From positions 1,829 through 65,828 of IMG/VR virus record IMGVR_UViG_3300036851_000198: a stretch of DNA of 64,000 nt; one strand, given 5' to 3'. The notes beneath the pieces are model-generated. The model was not told where the DNA came from and ran no database searches. It was given only the letters and a program-made list of their open reading frames with translations. This DNA is from a virus (lineage: Duplodnaviria > Caudoviricetes). The position numbers and the translations under genes were made by a program. Each line of letters opens with the position of its first letter. Within the stretch, counting starts at the first letter, position 1. This document shows positions 8,784-17,884 of this stretch, piece after piece.

Positions 8784-8812
8784 ATTATACTCGGCCTCTC
8801 TATCAGGGGCAA
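8784..8812 (-). promoter_or_regulatory. sigma70/HrdB-type leftward promoter
   Basis: TTGCCC-17 nt-TATAAT on the minus strand at a divergence point. Confidence 0.7.
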
Positions 8813-8910
8813 ACGCGGGCGACGTCAACTTTCCCCGTAGTTCCCCATCGCGCCCATTGGGTTCGCGGTACGATGCGCGCCCGGAGTCCGTCTCATCTTG
8901 AAGGAGCAGA

Positions 8911-9438
8911 ATGTCGGGTCCCAACCCGAACGCATGGTGCGTAGTGTCTGTCGATCCAGGCGGAACGACAGGAGTCGCCGCCGCGCTTATCGACACAAGC
9001 CAATCAACAGTCGCTTCGGCCATGAAGCGCGCCCATCGAAAGGGGCTGCTGAAGACATTTACTATCACTGGTTCGCACTCGGACCAGGCCATATCAATCC
9101 TCAAGTTCACAAACGAGTACTGGTACAGAAACCACATCGAGCTTGCGCGGGTAGCCGCGCGCCGTTGCACCCTTGCAATCGAGGATTTCCAGCTTCGCAC
9201 GATGAGCGCCGATATCACGTCGTTGCGTATCATCTCGGGTTTGGATTGTATGTTGAAGGCCGGAGGGATTGAGGAAAGCTCCGAACAACATGCGGTGTAC
9301 GTCAAGCAGATGCCAGGTGATATGGGTTTCTGCACCGATTCGATGCTCAAAGATTGGTCGCTTTGGCGCGGTCGAACTGTTCACGAAAGGGATGCTTTGA
9401 AACATCTGGCCTCTCGTGTCAACAAACTTCTAGGATGA
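8911..9438 (+). CDS. RuvC-like Holliday junction resolvase
   Basis: VVSVDPGGTTGVA, IEDF, HERDALKH; AAGGAG SD. Confidence 0.8.
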   Translation: MSGPNPNAWCVVSVDPGGTTGVAAALIDTSQSTVASAMKRAHRKGLLKTFTITGSHSDQAISILKFTNEYWYRNHIELARVAARRCTLAIEDFQLRTMSADITSLRIISGLDCMLKAGGIEESSEQHAVYVKQMPGDMGFCTDSMLKDWSLWRGRTVHERDALKHLASRVNKLLG

Positions 9439-9441
9439 TCC

Positions 9442-9630
9442 ATGAAGCTAAAAGAGTTACTTGAGTTCCAGGGAGTACCCGTTGATTCATTTTTGAACAC
9501 CGAGGTAGGCAAGCGCGTCGGTGTTGCTCCCCAATTAGAAGTCTCAACAAGCGCGACAATTTCTGGTGGATCACACGGAAATATGGATACATTCATATAC
9601 ATTCAGATCATCGATTTCAGAAGAGGGTGA
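9442..9630 (+). CDS. hypothetical protein
   Basis: short ORF with GTGA overlap to the next gene. Confidence 0.5.
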   Translation: MKLKELLEFQGVPVDSFLNTEVGKRVGVAPQLEVSTSATISGGSHGNMDTFIYIQIIDFRRG

Positions 9631-9944
9631 TAAAGGTCATCGACATAGGGCACGATCACTCGATGCGCTACTTCAGGTGGAGTCCCGATCGGGAGTTGAA
9701 CCCTCAGTACGATGGGATACCTGACGAGCCGAAGGCCGGAATCATCATCGATCATAAGAAACCTGATGGAACAGAGTGCTCGGGCGTTTGTCACTTCGAT
9801 ACACCAGTAATGCAAAAGGTCTTTCCTGAAGCCAATCACTGGCAGGTGGAATCCTGGGACCCTCTTACGATGTCACCATCGATTCTCTGTCGTACATGCG
9901 GCGATCACGGCTTTATTCGCGAAGGTCGCTGGGTCCCGGCTTAG
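9627..9944 (+). CDS. DUF6527-like Zn-binding protein
   Basis: PLTMSPSILCRTCGDHGFIREGRW. Confidence 0.7.
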   Translation: MIKVIDIGHDHSMRYFRWSPDRELNPQYDGIPDEPKAGIIIDHKKPDGTECSGVCHFDTPVMQKVFPEANHWQVESWDPLTMSPSILCRTCGDHGFIREGRWVPA

Positions 9945-10115
9945 GTGCCCATGTCAGAGCGTTGTCAGGGTATGTCAGACACGATTCCCAGGCAAAGTAG
10001 TCGTCCTACCGGGGGTTCACTATGTCGAAGCCGGGTAAGCTGTTGGGAATAGGGCTGCTGTTGGCTCTTGCAGTGGCAATCGTACATGACGTTTGGCTCT
10101 ATCGGAGGTACACCA

Positions 10116-10346
10116 ATGAAGGCTCTCAAGTTTGATTACATCAATTGGAAGGGCGAAGCTCACACCTATGTCATAGTCCCGACCGGCGCAGATATTGGTC
10201 CGAAGAAGAGTCACGGCGAGTTCCGACCAATGTTGCATGGCAACGTTCTGACGCGTGACGGCGATGACCGACCAGAAATGGGGCCGACTCGTCGCCGATC
10301 GTTTGTCCTAGCCGAACTGAAGAACATCAAAGAGGTTGAAGTATGA
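10116..10346 (+). CDS. small WYL-like SH3-fold protein
   Basis: LKFDYINWKGE....IVP...RRSFVLAELKNI; GGAGG SD. Confidence 0.6.
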   Translation: MKALKFDYINWKGEAHTYVIVPTGADIGPKKSHGEFRPMLHGNVLTRDGDDRPEMGPTRRRSFVLAELKNIKEVEV

Positions 10347-10627
10347 CTGAGGATCTTGAGTTATGGCAATGGAACCATGACGCCGAAAAGCGCGAACGAG
10401 GTTTAGCAGTTGTTGATCGACCGGAACCAGGCTCACGATGGAGAAATAGGCATTGTGGCGATCTAGTTTCCGTTCGTTTGGTGATGGACAGATCACCAGG
10501 AGGCGGACTTATGTACCCGATTGTTGAGTTCGTTCCCGATGATTACCAACGTCCGTGGTTTGCCGATCACGAACCTTGGTGGGCTCTCGATGAGTGGCAT
10601 AGCGATTGGAAGGAAGTGGAAGTATGA
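10343..10627 (+). CDS. hypothetical protein
   Basis: ATGA overlaps at both ends. Confidence 0.6.
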   Translation: MTEDLELWQWNHDAEKRERGLAVVDRPEPGSRWRNRHCGDLVSVRLVMDRSPGGGLMYPIVEFVPDDYQRPWFADHEPWWALDEWHSDWKEVEV

Positions 10628-10821
10628 GTAGGCACTATGGCCAACATAAAGTTTGGGAGTCCGATTCCACGGGCGAGATTGTTGTACACATCGACCAAGT
10701 CGAGCCTCCTAATTGGGTGGCAATGCCATGGGACGACTTTCTTACGATGGTATCAGATTATCATGAGTTCGTTCCCGAAAAACCTGACTCGAACCTTCCA
10801 TCAATGAAATCGAAAGGTTGA
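10624..10821 (+). CDS. hypothetical protein
   Basis: ATGA overlap. Confidence 0.55.
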   Translation: MSRHYGQHKVWESDSTGEIVVHIDQVEPPNWVAMPWDDFLTMVSDYHEFVPEKPDSNLPSMKSKG

Positions 10822-10824
10822 AAT

Positions 10825-11052
10825 ATGAGGCATCCAGATCCAGAAGATATGCCCGATTTCATCAAGGACGCCCTCAAGTCCGCCAAAGTTGATCCAAACG
10901 ATGTTCTGGAACTCAGCTACTACTGGAGCATCTATCACCCAATTCCCAAACTTCAAGTGAAGCTGGTGCACATCACCCAGCATATTGATATCGCCATCGT
11001 GGCGCCGGGGACGCTCACCGATGCTCTCGGTCCCGACCAACATGAAGTTTGA
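10825..11052 (+). CDS. hypothetical protein
   Basis: operon context. Confidence 0.55.
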   Translation: MRHPDPEDMPDFIKDALKSAKVDPNDVLELSYYWSIYHPIPKLQVKLVHITQHIDIAIVAPGTLTDALGPDQHEV

Positions 11053-11153
11053 GAATATGCTACGCTTTCCGAGGATCATCCGGATGCGGGTCGAGCGGTT
11101 TGTGGTGAGCCGCTCGGCCCCAACCATCGCCACGAAGCAAGGGAGCAGACCGC

Positions 11154-11675
11154 ATGAAGGCTATTCAGACCAGATACTCTGGTCGTCATTTTCGGTCCCG
11201 TCTGGAAGCACGATGGGCAGTTTTCTTTGACGTTCTTGAGGTAGACTGGGAGTATGAGCTAGAGGGGTTTGACCTAGATGAGCTAGGTTGGTACCTGCCC
11301 GATTTTTGGTTGCCATCAATTGATTGCTGGTTTGAGGTAAAGCCAAAGGAGGCTAATGAAAAGGAGTGGGCGTTGTGTAGTGCGGTACGAGAAAACTTTG
11401 GCCCAATCATTCTCTCAAATGGCGGCCCCGACAAGATTCAAACTCTTTTGTGTATGAGTACTTGCGATAGTGGCGGCGGCCATTTTGATTGTGAAGGGGC
11501 CTTCACCAAAGTAATCAATGGCGCTCCCATATTCTCGCATTTGTATGATAATCACGAACTCTGTGACCATAATTGGAAGGATATTGAGTGGGTAGATATC
11601 GGCGATCCCACAAAGGCTTCGCCCCAAATGTGGAGAGCGATTGAGGCGAGTCTTTCCACTCGATTCGGTCGATGA
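11154..11675 (+). CDS. PD-(D/E)xK endonuclease-like protein
   Basis: FRSRLEARWAVFFD...YLPDFWLP...EVKP. Confidence 0.85.
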   Translation: MKAIQTRYSGRHFRSRLEARWAVFFDVLEVDWEYELEGFDLDELGWYLPDFWLPSIDCWFEVKPKEANEKEWALCSAVRENFGPIILSNGGPDKIQTLLCMSTCDSGGGHFDCEGAFTKVINGAPIFSHLYDNHELCDHNWKDIEWVDIGDPTKASPQMWRAIEASLSTRFGR

Positions 11676-13693
11676 ACAATGATTCGGTCTTTAGGGCCGC
11701 GCTCAAATATGCCAAACAAGGGCTTCCAGTCTTTCCTTGCCGTCCCAACAAAAGGCCATTTACCAAGAATGGCTTCTTGGATGCCTCAATAGATCCAGAC
11801 AAGGTTCGCAATTGGTGGATCCATTGGCCAAATGCCATGATCGGGATGCCAACCGGCAAGTTGTCCGGTGTTAGCGTGGTTGATGTTGGAAAAGACCCAT
11901 TGCCAACGGAACTAGATCAGTTTGTGAAGGCGAACGCTCGTGGTTGTGCCAAGCAACGGACTATGAGCGGAGGCTACCATCAACTTTACAAGCACGTTGA
12001 TGGGGTTCCTAGTGTTGGTCATGATAGTAGCAGGGGCGAACCAGATATAGACATCCGTGGCGAAGGTGGTTATGTAATTCTGGCCCCCAGTATAGGCAAG
12101 AACGGCCAATATCGATGGGTGCGTAATATGAGCTCTATCAAAGAGAGCTTTCCGGTTGATCTTGTTGGTATGTTGCGCAGCCGAAGAAACGGGAACAAGC
12201 CTTCCTCTAAGCCACCAGAAGAAGTGGAAATTGGTGAGCGCTATCCGGTGCTCAGATCACTTATAGCCGGTTTGTGGAACAGAAATGTTTCAATAGATGA
12301 AGCCCTAGATCGGGCCAAAGAGTTCAATGAACAGATGGCTGATCCTGTTCCGAATGAGCAGTGGGAGCGTCTTGTTCATTTTGGTTCTTGGCTCGAAGAT
12401 GAGGCTGAAACAAAAGAGGATATGTTCTGGATTGAGACTCCAATCCTCGATCACATTCGTTCCCATGCTCAAGCAAACCGAACGGCGCCATGGCCAGTTC
12501 TTGGTTGCGAACTTGCCAGAGTGGCTGCCGCTACCCATCCCAAGGTACAACTACCAGGTCGAGGCAGCGGTGCGAATAAGGGCAGTCTGAACCTCTTTGT
12601 TGCGCTTGTCGGAGAGCCTGGTAAGGGCAAGGATCAGGCGCTAGCCGAAGCTCGCAGCGCAATCGAGCTTGGTGATGATGATATAGCTTTGATGAGGCTT
12701 GGCTCGGGTGAAGGTCTTGCTCACGCTTACAAGGGTCGCAAGCGGGCTAGCAAGGATGAGCCGTACAAGGAGGTGTGGCTTCGTAGGCAGGTGATGTTTG
12801 AGGAGAGCGAGATTGAGACGGTTTTGAAGTTGGGCGGGCGACAGGGCAGCACCCTCATCTCAGAGCTACGGTCGGCTTGGAATGCAGGAAAGCTCGGGCA
12901 TATGTTCGTTGACCCTCAGAAGCGACTTGATATACCGACTCACTCTTATAGGATGTCGCTAGTTGTAGGAGTGCAGCCAAGCAAGGCAGGCGTGATCCTT
13001 GACGATTCGGCGGGCGGAATGCCGCAGCGGTTTTTGTGGTTGTTGTGCTCGGATCGCTGGGCGCCAGATTTCACAAGTAGTGAGTACGAGTTGAAGCCGA
13101 TTCAACTTGCTTATGCTGAAGTCCTCGACTCTGATCCAGAAGATCACATCATCCCTGTTTGTCAGTCTGCGGTTTCTGATATCGATGACTTTGCGAAGCG
13201 GAGTCTGCGCGGAGAGTATGATGGTGACCCTCTACGTGGGCATTGGCTCCAGAGTAAGCTCAAGGTCGCTGGTCTGTTGGCTATCATGCATGGTTGCACC
13301 GAAGTCGATGATGAGTGGTGGAGGATAGCGGACCTAGTTATGAAACGTTCAGATGAAGGCCGAGCGGTCTGTGCCTACCACTCGTGGCTTGAGCACGGCA
13401 AGGTGATTCGTGGCAAGGCCAAAGACGCTGCCGTGATTGCCGTCACATCGGCTGAGGCTGTTGAGGAAAAGAAGGTTGGACGGTGTCGAAAGGGTATCTT
13501 GAAGGTTGTGAAACCCTATCCGTCGTGGGTTGCTATGACGAGGATCAATAGGTCCTTGCGGTCGGACTTGAAAGACATACTTCATGATACGCTCGATTTG
13601 ATGGTATCCGAGGGTGTGTTGCGCGTTCGAACTCGTGGCTCTGGTGGACAGATATCCCAGCAGTATCAGCTTGCTCCGAAATCGAAGTGGTAG
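11672..13693 (+). CDS. bifunctional DNA primase/polymerase fused to a P-loop (DUF3987-like) domain
   Basis: VFPC..KRP, WPNAMIGMPTG, DIRGEGGYV; NLFVALVGEPGKGK. Confidence 0.9.
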   Translation: MNNDSVFRAALKYAKQGLPVFPCRPNKRPFTKNGFLDASIDPDKVRNWWIHWPNAMIGMPTGKLSGVSVVDVGKDPLPTELDQFVKANARGCAKQRTMSGGYHQLYKHVDGVPSVGHDSSRGEPDIDIRGEGGYVILAPSIGKNGQYRWVRNMSSIKESFPVDLVGMLRSRRNGNKPSSKPPEEVEIGERYPVLRSLIAGLWNRNVSIDEALDRAKEFNEQMADPVPNEQWERLVHFGSWLEDEAETKEDMFWIETPILDHIRSHAQANRTAPWPVLGCELARVAAATHPKVQLPGRGSGANKGSLNLFVALVGEPGKGKDQALAEARSAIELGDDDIALMRLGSGEGLAHAYKGRKRASKDEPYKEVWLRRQVMFEESEIETVLKLGGRQGSTLISELRSAWNAGKLGHMFVDPQKRLDIPTHSYRMSLVVGVQPSKAGVILDDSAGGMPQRFLWLLCSDRWAPDFTSSEYELKPIQLAYAEVLDSDPEDHIIPVCQSAVSDIDDFAKRSLRGEYDGDPLRGHWLQSKLKVAGLLAIMHGCTEVDDEWWRIADLVMKRSDEGRAVCAYHSWLEHGKVIRGKAKDAAVIAVTSAEAVEEKKVGRCRKGILKVVKPYPSWVAMTRINRSLRSDLKDILHDTLDLMVSEGVLRVRTRGSGGQISQQYQLAPKSKW

Positions 13694-13707
13694 TTGGGGC
13701 TTGTTTC

Positions 13708-13883
13708 ACTGTAGGACTGTAGGACTGTAGGACGTGGTCGGCGCGATTTTCTCAAAAAATCGTTGCGAGCGCAACTGGTTTTAGAATGTCCCTATATAGA
13801 TCAATAATGTCCTGTTGTTGTTATTTTCAAGTTTTTTGCCCAGATTCCGTCCTACTCGGTCCTACACGTCCTACACGTCCTAC
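13708..13883. repeat. putative replication origin: convergent iterons around an AT-rich core
   Basis: ACTGTAGG x3 (13708-13733) facing GTCCTAC x4 (13849-13883), directly after the primase gene. Confidence 0.75.
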
Positions 13884-14180
13884 TCTCTTTTTCTGTTTCC
13901 TGTGGGTTGTATCGGGGTGAGGTCTGTCCTATGCGCGCACGCGAGGACGACTGTTTGCCCTGGTAGTCATGGTTTTTCCAGTACAAAATGTCTCAAAGCC
14001 ACACCTCAAGCGCCCAAATCACCCCATAGGGGACCCATATCAGCCTTCAAAACACACATGTCAGACGTACACATAGCAAGTCAAACCAACGTACAACAAA
14101 CCAACACAAAAGACGTCAAAACACACCAGCTCACAGCGGGGAGGACCCATGTTTTGGCCTTCAAAACCGTGGTAAAATGG

Positions 14181-14220
14181 GTGTAAAGTATGTGTAAAGT
14201 ATGTGTAAAGTGTGTAAAAC
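14181..14220. repeat. tandem GTGTAAAGTAT repeats
   Basis: four GTGTAAA cores, the first three spaced 11 bp apart. Confidence 0.8.
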
Positions 14221-14297
14221 AGCCCAACAAACCGCTATTTCCAAGACAAAATACCTCCCCGGCATGGATTTATAGACCAACTCAGCCCGAAACCAAC

Positions 14298-14350
14298 AAA
14301 AAAACACCAGAGCCAGGAACCCGTACGTAGTACGGGTCCCTGACCCTGGT
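14298..14350 (-). terminator. intrinsic terminator of the leftward early operon
   Basis: 21-bp stem (with G-U pairs on the minus strand) followed by T7. Confidence 0.85.
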
Positions 14351-14418
14351 ATGTGCGCGTCAACCTCCTAACAGCTTGATGACAGCCATCACCGCTGCAA
14401 CCAGCAGGATGAGGTTCA

Positions 14419-14604
14419 TCATTTCTTAGCCACCCTCCTTGGCCTGCGCTTCGGCAAGGCCTGTTCGATGAGGTCCCTGATGTACGGCTCACGAGGGACC
14501 ATTCCGCGCTCGCGGTCGATTCTGTCGATCAGGTCCAGAGGAATCCGGACCATTACGCTTGGCGTTCTGCCGTCGTTGACGCCCTTTTGCTTGGGCTTTG
14601 CCAT
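14419..14604 (-). CDS. ribbon-helix-helix DNA-binding protein
   Basis: VMVRIPLDLIDRIDRERGMVPREPYIRDLIEQAL. Confidence 0.75.
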   Translation of the reverse strand: MAKPKQKGVNDGRTPSVMVRIPLDLIDRIDRERGMVPREPYIRDLIEQALPKRRPRRVAKK

Positions 14605-14715
14605 CAGCAGAGCCAAGTCGCCGGTCTTGTGGGGTTCGGTATACAGCTATCCGAACCAATCAAAGCCGTGCCGACGGCAGCCAACACCATCGTCAGAGCT
14701 ATGAGCCTCTTCATC

Positions 14716-14934
14716 TTACCTCCCCGCCGTGACCTGTTCGAACAGGTCCTTGGTGTTGGACTCGATTTCGATGACCTTGTAGCCTTCCTTATCCGCCCAC
14801 GCATGGGCGTCGATCAGGCTATCCAGACCGCGTGGATCCCATGGATCACGAAAGATCCTGATGAGATCGTGCTCTGGAGTTGTCACCGAGTGGCAGTTGG
14901 GGAACATACCCGACTGCACGATGTGAACGTCCAT
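14716..14934 (-). CDS. hypothetical early protein
   Basis: AAGGAGAG SD. Confidence 0.65.
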   Translation of the reverse strand: MDVHIVQSGMFPNCHSVTTPEHDLIRIFRDPWDPRGLDSLIDAHAWADKEGYKVIEIESNTKDLFEQVTAGR

Positions 14935-14991
14935 TGTACTCTCCTTTGGTTGGTTGCACGTACAAGGGCCATCTTTCGATGGCCCCCGTAC

Positions 14992-15153
14992 CTACACCCT
15001 CTTGGCGCGACGCCGTTTGGGCTTGGGCAGCCGGATCATCGCCGGGTTGACCCCGATGGGCTGTTTGTAGTTCTTCGACGTCACGGCGTCGCCGGTGTAA
15101 AACCCGACGCCGGGCGTGAATACGAACGCCTCATAGCCCTTGGGAACCTTCAT
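14992..15153 (-). CDS. hypothetical early protein
   Basis: GGGGAG SD, ATGA overlap. Confidence 0.55.
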   Translation of the reverse strand: MKVPKGYEAFVFTPGVGFYTGDAVTSKNYKQPIGVNPAMIRLPKPKRRRAKRV

Positions 15154-15296
15154 CGTGTCTCCCCTGTGACCTTGACGCCGAGCGTGCAAAGCTCAGCGAT
15201 CAGGCGGTGCTGCTCCATGAGCAGCATGTGCCGGTCCCAACGCTCTGTCTTGCGACTGAGCGCGTTGGCCTGTTGTACTCGCCTGCTCTCCTTCAT
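15150..15296 (-). CDS. hypothetical early protein
   Basis: GGGGAGG SD. Confidence 0.5.
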   Translation of the reverse strand: MKESRRVQQANALSRKTERWDRHMLLMEQHRLIAELCTLGVKVTGETR

Positions 15297-15427
15297 CCTG
15301 CCTCCCCGTCCTGAGATGGGTTGTATCGCCATGCCGATGAACTTCAACGACGATTGGCGTGAGCATGATGCTCTCCTGACCTATTCGGGGTTGGGACCGA
15401 CCTGATGGCCGGCCCCACCCCGAAGGC

Positions 15428-15691
15428 TCACATCTTGTTGGGGTGAACCCAATCTGGGTTGTTACTGCGCATCAAGTTGCATGGTTTGCAACTTGGCTGG
15501 ATGTTGGTTCGGCGATAGCTCCCACCAGGAATGATCCTGTCCTGCTCAATCCTGTTGAGCGGGAACTCCTTTTCACAATGGACGCATGGGCAAATCCCAG
15601 TGTCCAGGCTGCCAAACATCGCCAACATCCAAGTTTTCCGGCGGGCGCGGTCTTTCGACTTCCCGCGCTTGTCGCCGCCATTACGTGGCAT
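15428..15691 (-). CDS. small HNH endonuclease
   Basis: CVHC...EQDRIIPGGSYRRTNIQPSCKPCN. Confidence 0.8.
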   Translation of the reverse strand: MPRNGGDKRGKSKDRARRKTWMLAMFGSLDTGICPCVHCEKEFPLNRIEQDRIIPGGSYRRTNIQPSCKPCNLMRSNNPDWVHPNKM

Positions 15692-15807
15692 CAGAAACCC
15701 CAGTTACGGGCGCTGACAACGGCGCTGAGTAGATCGCTGAAGCGACCGCGCACAACACCATCAACGATGACGAAGCACCCATCAAAGGTGCTCGTGACCT
15801 GTACCAT
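15691..15807 (-). CDS. 38-aa hypothetical protein
   Basis: TAAGGAGAG SD, TGATG coupling; below the ORF-track cutoff. Confidence 0.6.
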   Translation of the reverse strand: MVQVTSTFDGCFVIVDGVVRGRFSDLLSAVVSARNWGF

Positions 15808-15900
15808 GTTGCTCTCCTTACTTCGGTGACCCTTCCCACTCGCCCGTCTTCACGGACGATGGGGAAGGGTACCCGCCGAAGCGGGTACCCGAATCCAACC

Positions 15901-16269
15901 CTACGCGCTGCGCTTGCGACGCGCCGCGCCCGTCTTGGGAGCGGACTTCTTGGCGGCGGGCTTGCGCGGCTTGGGGCCGCTGGCCTTCGCCCCGTGCTCA
16001 CGGGCGTGACGCGTACCCTTGCGCGTATCGCCATCCTTGTACGAGTCGTACGACTTGCCGACGACCATGACGTGCCCGAACTCCCTGAGGAGCTTGATTC
16101 GCGTCGGGCCGCTGAGCCACGAACCGTACTTGGCGCGTAGTTCGTTGCCGGACATCCCGGCCGTGCGATCCTTGGCGATCTGTCCGGCCAGGATACGCCG
16201 CTTCGCTACCGTGAGGCCGCGGAAGTCCTCGATGGTGAGGGCCGTGGCGGACTTCTTGACTGACGGCAT
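15901..16269 (-). CDS. highly basic early protein, possibly nucleic-acid binding
   Basis: TAAGGAGAG SD; Lys/Arg/Ala-rich tail KPRKPAAKKSAPK. Confidence 0.75.
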   Translation of the reverse strand: MPSVKKSATALTIEDFRGLTVAKRRILAGQIAKDRTAGMSGNELRAKYGSWLSGPTRIKLLREFGHVMVVGKSYDSYKDGDTRKGTRHAREHGAKASGPKPRKPAAKKSAPKTGAARRKRSA

Positions 16270-16663
16270 GTTGCTCTCCTTACTTCGATTTACCTACCTG
16301 CCGAATGGCAGCGCAAGAGAGCATGCCGAAGCATGCTCCCCGCGTTGCAATTCGGAGAGGGGCGATTCTCGCGACTGCCCGCGATAGGTCCGCCCGGACC
16401 CTTGCACGTCTAGACCCGAACCTGCGGGTACCTGCCCGGACTCCCTGCCGTTCTTGCCTGCTGCCCGCACGGGGTAGCTACTCTTCCCCCGCGCGAACCT
16501 AGTTCCGACGGAATGCCGGAGCATGCACCTATTCGGTACGTGCGCGCGGTCCTCTCTGCTCGACCGCTCCGCCTCGCACGTTCCTAGCGCGTTTACGCGC
16601 ATCGGGGGAGGAGGCGCCTCCCGGCCCGGGGAGCCGTTCCTTCCGGCTCGACCCTGCTCCGCA

Positions 16664-16693
16664 AGGGTAGCAGGCCGCGGCATGCCTGCGCAA
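16664..16693 (-). promoter_or_regulatory. candidate leftward early promoter
   Basis: TTGCGC-18 nt-TACCCT at the divergence from terS. Confidence 0.45.
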
Positions 16694-16957
16694 GAGTTTC
16701 GGCAAAACATTTTTCGTTGCGCATGCAACGGCATGCCGCAGACTTGCGCGCTTGCTTCCGTCCGGTCGATGCCTGCTCTCGCGCGCCGTGCGCCGCGCCC
16801 GTCCGGAAAGTTTCGGGCTTAGGGAGGCTGGCTGTGGGTTGAGTATCGCTTGGCGGTCCCCGGAATTTCTCTTGACCCTACCGTACAAATCACCCTCGCG
16901 CACGCGCGTAATAGGGCTAGGAGAAAGCACCAACTCAAGATAGCCTCACGACGCACC

Positions 16958-17701
16958 ATGGCAGGCTCCCCTCTAAAGCGACAGCGTCAACGCCAGTTCA
17001 ACAAGGACAGGCGAAGCCCACCCAGGTATCCAGAACTGGCGGCCATCTACGCCGAGAAGTGGAACAGCTTTGACGCGATGCGCGCTGCCATGGTCCAGGC
17101 CGGGATTGTCGAGCACGGCATTAGCCCATACGATTGTATCCAACGAGCAATTGACGATGTCGCCACGGACTACCTGTTGCTCAGACGTAAGATCGACAAG
17201 GAGTCAAGTAACATTGAGGAACAGATCGAGCACCCGCTTCACGACTACATGGAGCACCTTCGTGAGTGTATGGTTCGGTACTCAACGTTCGCCGCGCAGT
17301 ACGACATCAACAACAAGAACCTCAAACTTAGCGAGGCCAGACTCGCCCTCTTGGCGAATGGCCTCCGCGAAATCGCCCGACAGCTGAAGCTCTCCGACGA
17401 GCAGACCAAACAGATGCCCGCAATGTTGATAAACATCTTTGCACAGACGCAAAACCTTGACGTATACAAAGCGACCGCCCTCGCTGAAATCCTTGGCAAC
17501 GACGCCGACATAGAAATCATCGACGGCAACGCCGAGGAAATCCTCCCCCAACCAGCCCCGATGAAGACCATTCGCTCCCGGCGCGAGCACGGCCAGAAGA
17601 TTTCCAGGAACCGAAACCAGGCAAAGAAACAACTCACCGAGGAAGCGCAGCAGGCCAAGCTCGGCAAGAACACCCGCTCATCCAAGGCAGTAGGTGGGTG
17701 A
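16958..17701 (+). CDS. probable terminase small subunit
   Basis: helical ORF immediately upstream of terL; start uncertain. Confidence 0.6.
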   Translation: MAGSPLKRQRQRQFNKDRRSPPRYPELAAIYAEKWNSFDAMRAAMVQAGIVEHGISPYDCIQRAIDDVATDYLLLRRKIDKESSNIEEQIEHPLHDYMEHLRECMVRYSTFAAQYDINNKNLKLSEARLALLANGLREIARQLKLSDEQTKQMPAMLINIFAQTQNLDVYKATALAEILGNDADIEIIDGNAEEILPQPAPMKTIRSRREHGQKISRNRNQAKKQLTEEAQQAKLGKNTRSSKAVGG

Positions 17702-17884
17702 AATGGGGCCGGGTGCCGCAACACGCCAGCCTCCCCCGTGGTCGCGGCACCCGGCTTCTCGTTGCAATCGTCGCTTGTGTGGCCATCTTCCTCGCCGGGG
17801 CGGTGAGGTAGGTCAGGTGTCGCCCATGGGAACGAAAACCCGCACCATTGTGCCCCCTTTGGTGCAGGCGGCACCCGACTGATC

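Noticed and set aside
8391-9350. 319-aa minus-strand ORF
   Set aside because: Mostly antisense to the well-supported RuvC-like gene, crosses a promoter and has no motifs.
13708-14220. Short repeats as a CRISPR array
   Set aside because: Units are 7-11 bp with no unique spacers, and there are no cas genes.
14587-15405. 272-aa plus-strand ORF
   Set aside because: Shadow of several SD-supported minus-strand early genes.
17790-17884. tRNA or hammerhead ribozyme in the terS-terL spacer
   Set aside because: No T-loop, anticodon arm or CUGANGA core.
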